From positions 1 through 58,483 of the forward strand of contig JASHQK010000509.1 of the NCBI GenBank assembly GCA_030039195.1: a DNA stretch of 58,483 nucleotides, read 5' to 3'. Shown piece by piece: positions 55,712 through 58,483 of this stretch. The translations under genes and the position numbers were made by a program. The DNA is from Candidatus Sulfotelmatobacter sp. GTDB taxonomy: Bacteria > Acidobacteriota > Terriglobia > Terriglobales > Acidobacteriaceae. The notes beneath the pieces are model-generated. The model was not told the DNA's origin and did no database searches. It saw only the letters and a program-made list of their open reading frames with translations. The stretch's first letter is position 1. Each line of letters opens with the position of its first letter.

Positions 55712-56803
55712 TTACACTTTCTCGGGCCCGGGTTTGGTTCGCATGCGGTCCCGAATCGCGCTCGCGATGCCGTGGACAACGGTCGCTCCCGCGACCGCCG
55801 CGGTGATACCGATTCCAATCTTCCCGGCGCTGACGTCTGCTCCAAACCCCGGCACATTCGGGAGACGTTCATAAAACGGAGATTTGGTTTCCCAGAAGTT
55901 GTATCCGCCGCAGCCGATGCAGCCATGCCCCGCCTTCACCGGCCAACTCGTGCCCTCGTTAAACCGCACGGACGGGCAGTTGAACGTCGTCTGCGGACCC
56001 TTGCAGCCCATTTTGTAGAGGCACCAGCCCCGTCGATGTCCCTCATCGCCCCATTCCTGCACGTAGCGGCCGGCATCGTAATGCGCGCGTCTTTCGCACT
56101 GGTCATGGATAATTCGTCCGTAAGCAAACAGCGGCCGGTTGTATTCATCGACCGCTGGCAGTTCGCCAAAAGTGAGGTAGTGCACTAGCACCGCCGCCGT
56201 ATTCGCGGGATTCTGTGGGCATCCGCCCAGGTTGATGACTTTGGCGTCCGGCACGGCCTCGGAAATGCCCACCGCTCCCGTTGGATTCGGCGACGCTGCC
56301 ACAAGGCCGCCATACCACGCGCAAGCTCCAGCCGCGATCGTCGCCGCAGCGTTGGTGCAAACCTCTTTCGCGATGGAGAGCGCCGTCTTCCCAGCGACTG
56401 TGCAGTACACTCCTTCATCGGCCAAGGGGATGGCCCCCTCCACAACCGCAATGTACTTGCCCTTTTCCTCTTTCACCACCCGCTGCAGAGCCGCCTCGGC
56501 CTGGTGGCCGGCTCCAGCCATGATGATCTCGTGGTACTCCCACGAAAGCAGGTCGAGCACTACCTCCAGCACAGAAGGATGGCTCGAACGCAGGATAGCT
56601 TCCGAATTCCCGGCGCAGTCCTGAAACTGCAGCCACACCAGCACTGGTTTCTTGGTTTTCTCCAGCGCTGAAGCGACTTGGGCCACGTAACGCGGGGGGA
56701 GAGCCAGAGTCGCTGTCATGGCGGTGCAGAATTTGAGAAACCGGCGGCGGGTTACCCCTTTTTTCTGCAGAGCTCCATAGAAAGTTTCATTCGGCGAGAT
56801 CAT
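55712..56803 (-). CDS. hupS: [NiFe] hydrogenase small subunit, Tat-exported, C-terminal TM anchor
   Basis: TRRRFLKFC Tat motif; GACAWYGG, GGCPQNP, HDQCERRAH, CLYKMGCKGP, GHGCIGC FeS ligands. The N-terminal motif is DCAGNSE instead of the usual C-x-x-C. Confidence 0.95.
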   Translation of the reverse strand: MISPNETFYGALQKKGVTRRRFLKFCTAMTATLALPPRYVAQVASALEKTKKPVLVWLQFQDCAGNSEAILRSSHPSVLEVVLDLLSWEYHEIIMAGAGHQAEAALQRVVKEEKGKYIAVVEGAIPLADEGVYCTVAGKTALSIAKEVCTNAAATIAAGACAWYGGLVAASPNPTGAVGISEAVPDAKVINLGGCPQNPANTAAVLVHYLTFGELPAVDEYNRPLFAYGRIIHDQCERRAHYDAGRYVQEWGDEGHRRGWCLYKMGCKGPQTTFNCPSVRFNEGTSWPVKAGHGCIGCGGYNFWETKSPFYERLPNVPGFGADVSAGKIGIGITAAVAGATVVHGIASAIRDRMRTKPGPEKV

Positions 56804-56912
56804 AGGGTCATCCTTCCTCGGAGTATGCGGTTCTGCTGCACCTGGAGCCGAACCACACCCCTACGTCATGAATGCGCATTGCGCTTAAGTACCACTAGTC
56901 ACTTTTGTAAAG

Positions 56913-56939
56913 TGTGACCTTCATCACAGAACGGTGTGA
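56913..56939. promoter_or_regulatory. Tripartite site TGTGA-CCTTCA-TCACA-GAACGG-TGTGA upstream of the hydrogenase operon
   Basis: Perfect TGTGA-N6-TCACA plus a third half-site, 110-136 nt upstream of the hupS ATG (56803). Architecture and placement match 15200-15226. Confidence 0.55.
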
Positions 56940-57070
56940 TCCTGCGCAAAACAAGCAGCTCATTCCATGGTCTCGGTCAGTCGTTCTCTACGCTGCCTAG
57001 GTACTTGGGGTGTGGCTCACTGGCGGGCTATTCATGGCGCTGGCAGCAACGACATCGAGCGGCGAATTTG

Positions 57071-57304
57071 ATGGCGCGCACGGGGGTCGGGCGACTGGTC
57101 GTAATTGTGTTGTCAGTGATCCCTATAATCACATGCATTGTGGCAGCTTATGAGGGCAGCCTTTTCGCCTTGCTTGCGGTGACTCTCGGCTCGGTTCTGG
57201 CGTGTTGCGGCCGGGCGGGCTGCATGCTCTTAACGTCCCGATACGTCATCAAGCAATACGACTCACGGGAATACGACGGAGCATTCCAAAGTCGGATAAT
57301 TTGA
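57071..57304 (+). CDS. Possible small two-TM membrane protein
   Basis: MARTGVGRLVVIVLSVIPIITCIVAAY...LLAVTLGSVLACCG; no family recognised; weak. Confidence 0.3.
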   Translation: MARTGVGRLVVIVLSVIPIITCIVAAYEGSLFALLAVTLGSVLACCGRAGCMLLTSRYVIKQYDSREYDGAFQSRII

Positions 57305-57494
57305 CCTTAGCGGTCTACCGGAGGGAAATCGGGGTTATATCTGCCAAGGAGACGCGTAAATCTTTGGCGCGGAGACAGAAGAATTCCTCTTCCGTTAGCG
57401 GACAGTTCATGCAGTCATTTACAAGTTCGCGCCGCATATTAGTGTCTTAGAACATTCCCTCGCGCGCCTTCGAATTGCCGAATTGCGTCCAATA

Positions 57495-57953
57495 TCAGAC
57501 CAAGGAGACAGCTTCCGCTGCTTCCAGTTGAGGTTCGAACTTCAAGGACACATCGAGCGCACGAGAGACCAGGCAGAGCCGCTCTGCTCTTTGCAGAAGT
57601 TCGAGGGCAGGCTGCCGCAGTTCACTCGAAGCGATTTTCAATTTCGGGCGGATCAAAATCTCGCTGAAGCTATAGCCGAATTCAGCTTTCCGCACCGTGC
57701 CCCGCGCTTCCACTTCTAGGTCGGTAAAATCGAATGTCCTATTCCACGCGATGGCTCGCAGCGTGGTAGTGAAGCAACCGGCGATAGCCGCCAACAAGAG
57801 CTCCTCCGGAGTCCAGCGACCTTCGAGTCCGCCAAATTCCGTAGGAGCACTAAAGTGGATGGCGTTTGGGGCAGAGTCCGATTTGGCGATACCTGTACGT
57901 CCGGAAGTCCACCAAGCTGAGACGCGATATGCATGTTCGGTCTTTGGAGCCAT
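57495..57953 (-). CDS. OsmC/Ohr-family peroxiredoxin-like protein
   Basis: PEELLLAAIAGCFTTT and ...AERLCLVSRAL, the two conserved Cys regions of the OsmC family; start MAPKTEH. Confidence 0.85.
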   Translation of the reverse strand: MAPKTEHAYRVSAWWTSGRTGIAKSDSAPNAIHFSAPTEFGGLEGRWTPEELLLAAIAGCFTTTLRAIAWNRTFDFTDLEVEARGTVRKAEFGYSFSEILIRPKLKIASSELRQPALELLQRAERLCLVSRALDVSLKFEPQLEAAEAVSLV

Positions 57954-58023
57954 AAAGCACCTCAATTTCAGCGTAGGTTGCACTAGGAAACCCGGACACT
58001 CTGTGTACAGCGGTACAGCACCA

Positions 58024-58039
58024 TGTGACGGCTATCACG
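58024..58039. promoter_or_regulatory. Single TGTGA-CGGCTA-TCACG site upstream of the OsmC-like gene
   Basis: 9/10 match to TGTGA-N6-TCACA, 71-86 nt upstream of the ATG at 57953. Confidence 0.4.
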
Positions 58040-58483
58040 CCAACGTTCGAGCTAGTTCACCGCTCCACTATGTCTGTCGATGGCATGTTTCTTAAGGTTT
58101 GCGATCTTCGAAAAGGCGCCTCTGCAGGTTGGCGACCTGCAAAACCTCTTCCTGGCGCGCCAGTCGGGGCATCGAGGGGTTCTGCCGTAGCTCACGATGT
58201 GAGCTGCCCAGACTGATTACCAAGCCTCGCCGTACCCAGCAATGCCGAGCCACGCCGTGCCAAGGAGTGCCGCGCCAAAAGTCGGGCTATCACGCGCGGT
58301 TGTGGGCCGAAGCCACTTGCGCCGATCTTGCGTGCTTTTCCGAGCACAACTGTGCCTTTCGCCGCGCAATCACCTCAGCATGTGAGCGTAATCACTGAAC
58401 GCGCCTGCGGGCGCGTGCCATAAAGAAGGCCATTGTTGCTGATCGAACGGGCGTGGTCTGAGCGATGGTTAACCACTCCAGGC

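Noticed and set aside
1-58483. Scan for tRNA/rRNA genes, CRISPR arrays and long direct repeats
   Set aside because: No T-loop/acceptor-stem candidates were seen; the GGTTCGAA-like strings fall inside coding regions. No regularly spaced repeats and no rRNA-like segments were seen by eye. A covariance-model search would still be needed to exclude small ncRNAs.

Overview
High-GC (~58%) chromosomal segment. The gene families present (CadC-like winged-helix/TPR regulator, HAF-repeat protein, Ser/Thr kinase with TolB-like propeller, CarboxypepD_reg fusions) look Acidobacteria-like; that assignment is inference only. The window is essentially a respiratory island, with 26 CXXCH haem-c motifs in total. 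It contains: (i) an aa3-type cytochrome c oxidase cluster with ctaB, led by an amicyanin-like cupredoxin (8.7-15.1 kb). (ii) An eight-gene operon (20.4-29.4 kb) joining a Cyc2-like fused cytochrome-porin, a second paralogous cupredoxin, a GltD-like NAD(P)H/FAD/FeS protein, a split Rieske/cytochrome b complex, an octahaem c and a monohaem c lipoprotein. (iii) A tetrahaem cytochrome, plus a sensor kinase with two periplasmic CXXCH motifs and a sigma-54 activator. (iv) A second Rieske/cytochrome b operon with a nonahaem c, preceded by a good sigma-54 promoter and tandem palindromes (34.2-38.1 kb). (v) A Tat-exported group-1-type [NiFe] hydrogenase operon ending in a cytochrome c (52.3-56.8 kb). 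A 27-bp tripartite TGTGA-N6-TCACA-N6-TGTGA motif recurs at the oxidase and hydrogenase promoters and twice in the cyc2-like/tetrahaem intergenic region. The most interesting candidate is operon (ii), together with the nearby oxidase. It reads as a compact route from the outer membrane to both O2 and NAD(P), analogous in logic to the Acidithiobacillus rus/petI Fe(II)-oxidation system but with a composition I do not know to be characterised. Other content is housekeeping (gltA, mdh, ptb-buk, GH3, kinase, regulators), one IS5-family element, and a 38-43 kb stretch of decayed mobile-element and accessory gene remnants. No rRNA, tRNA or CRISPR was recognised.
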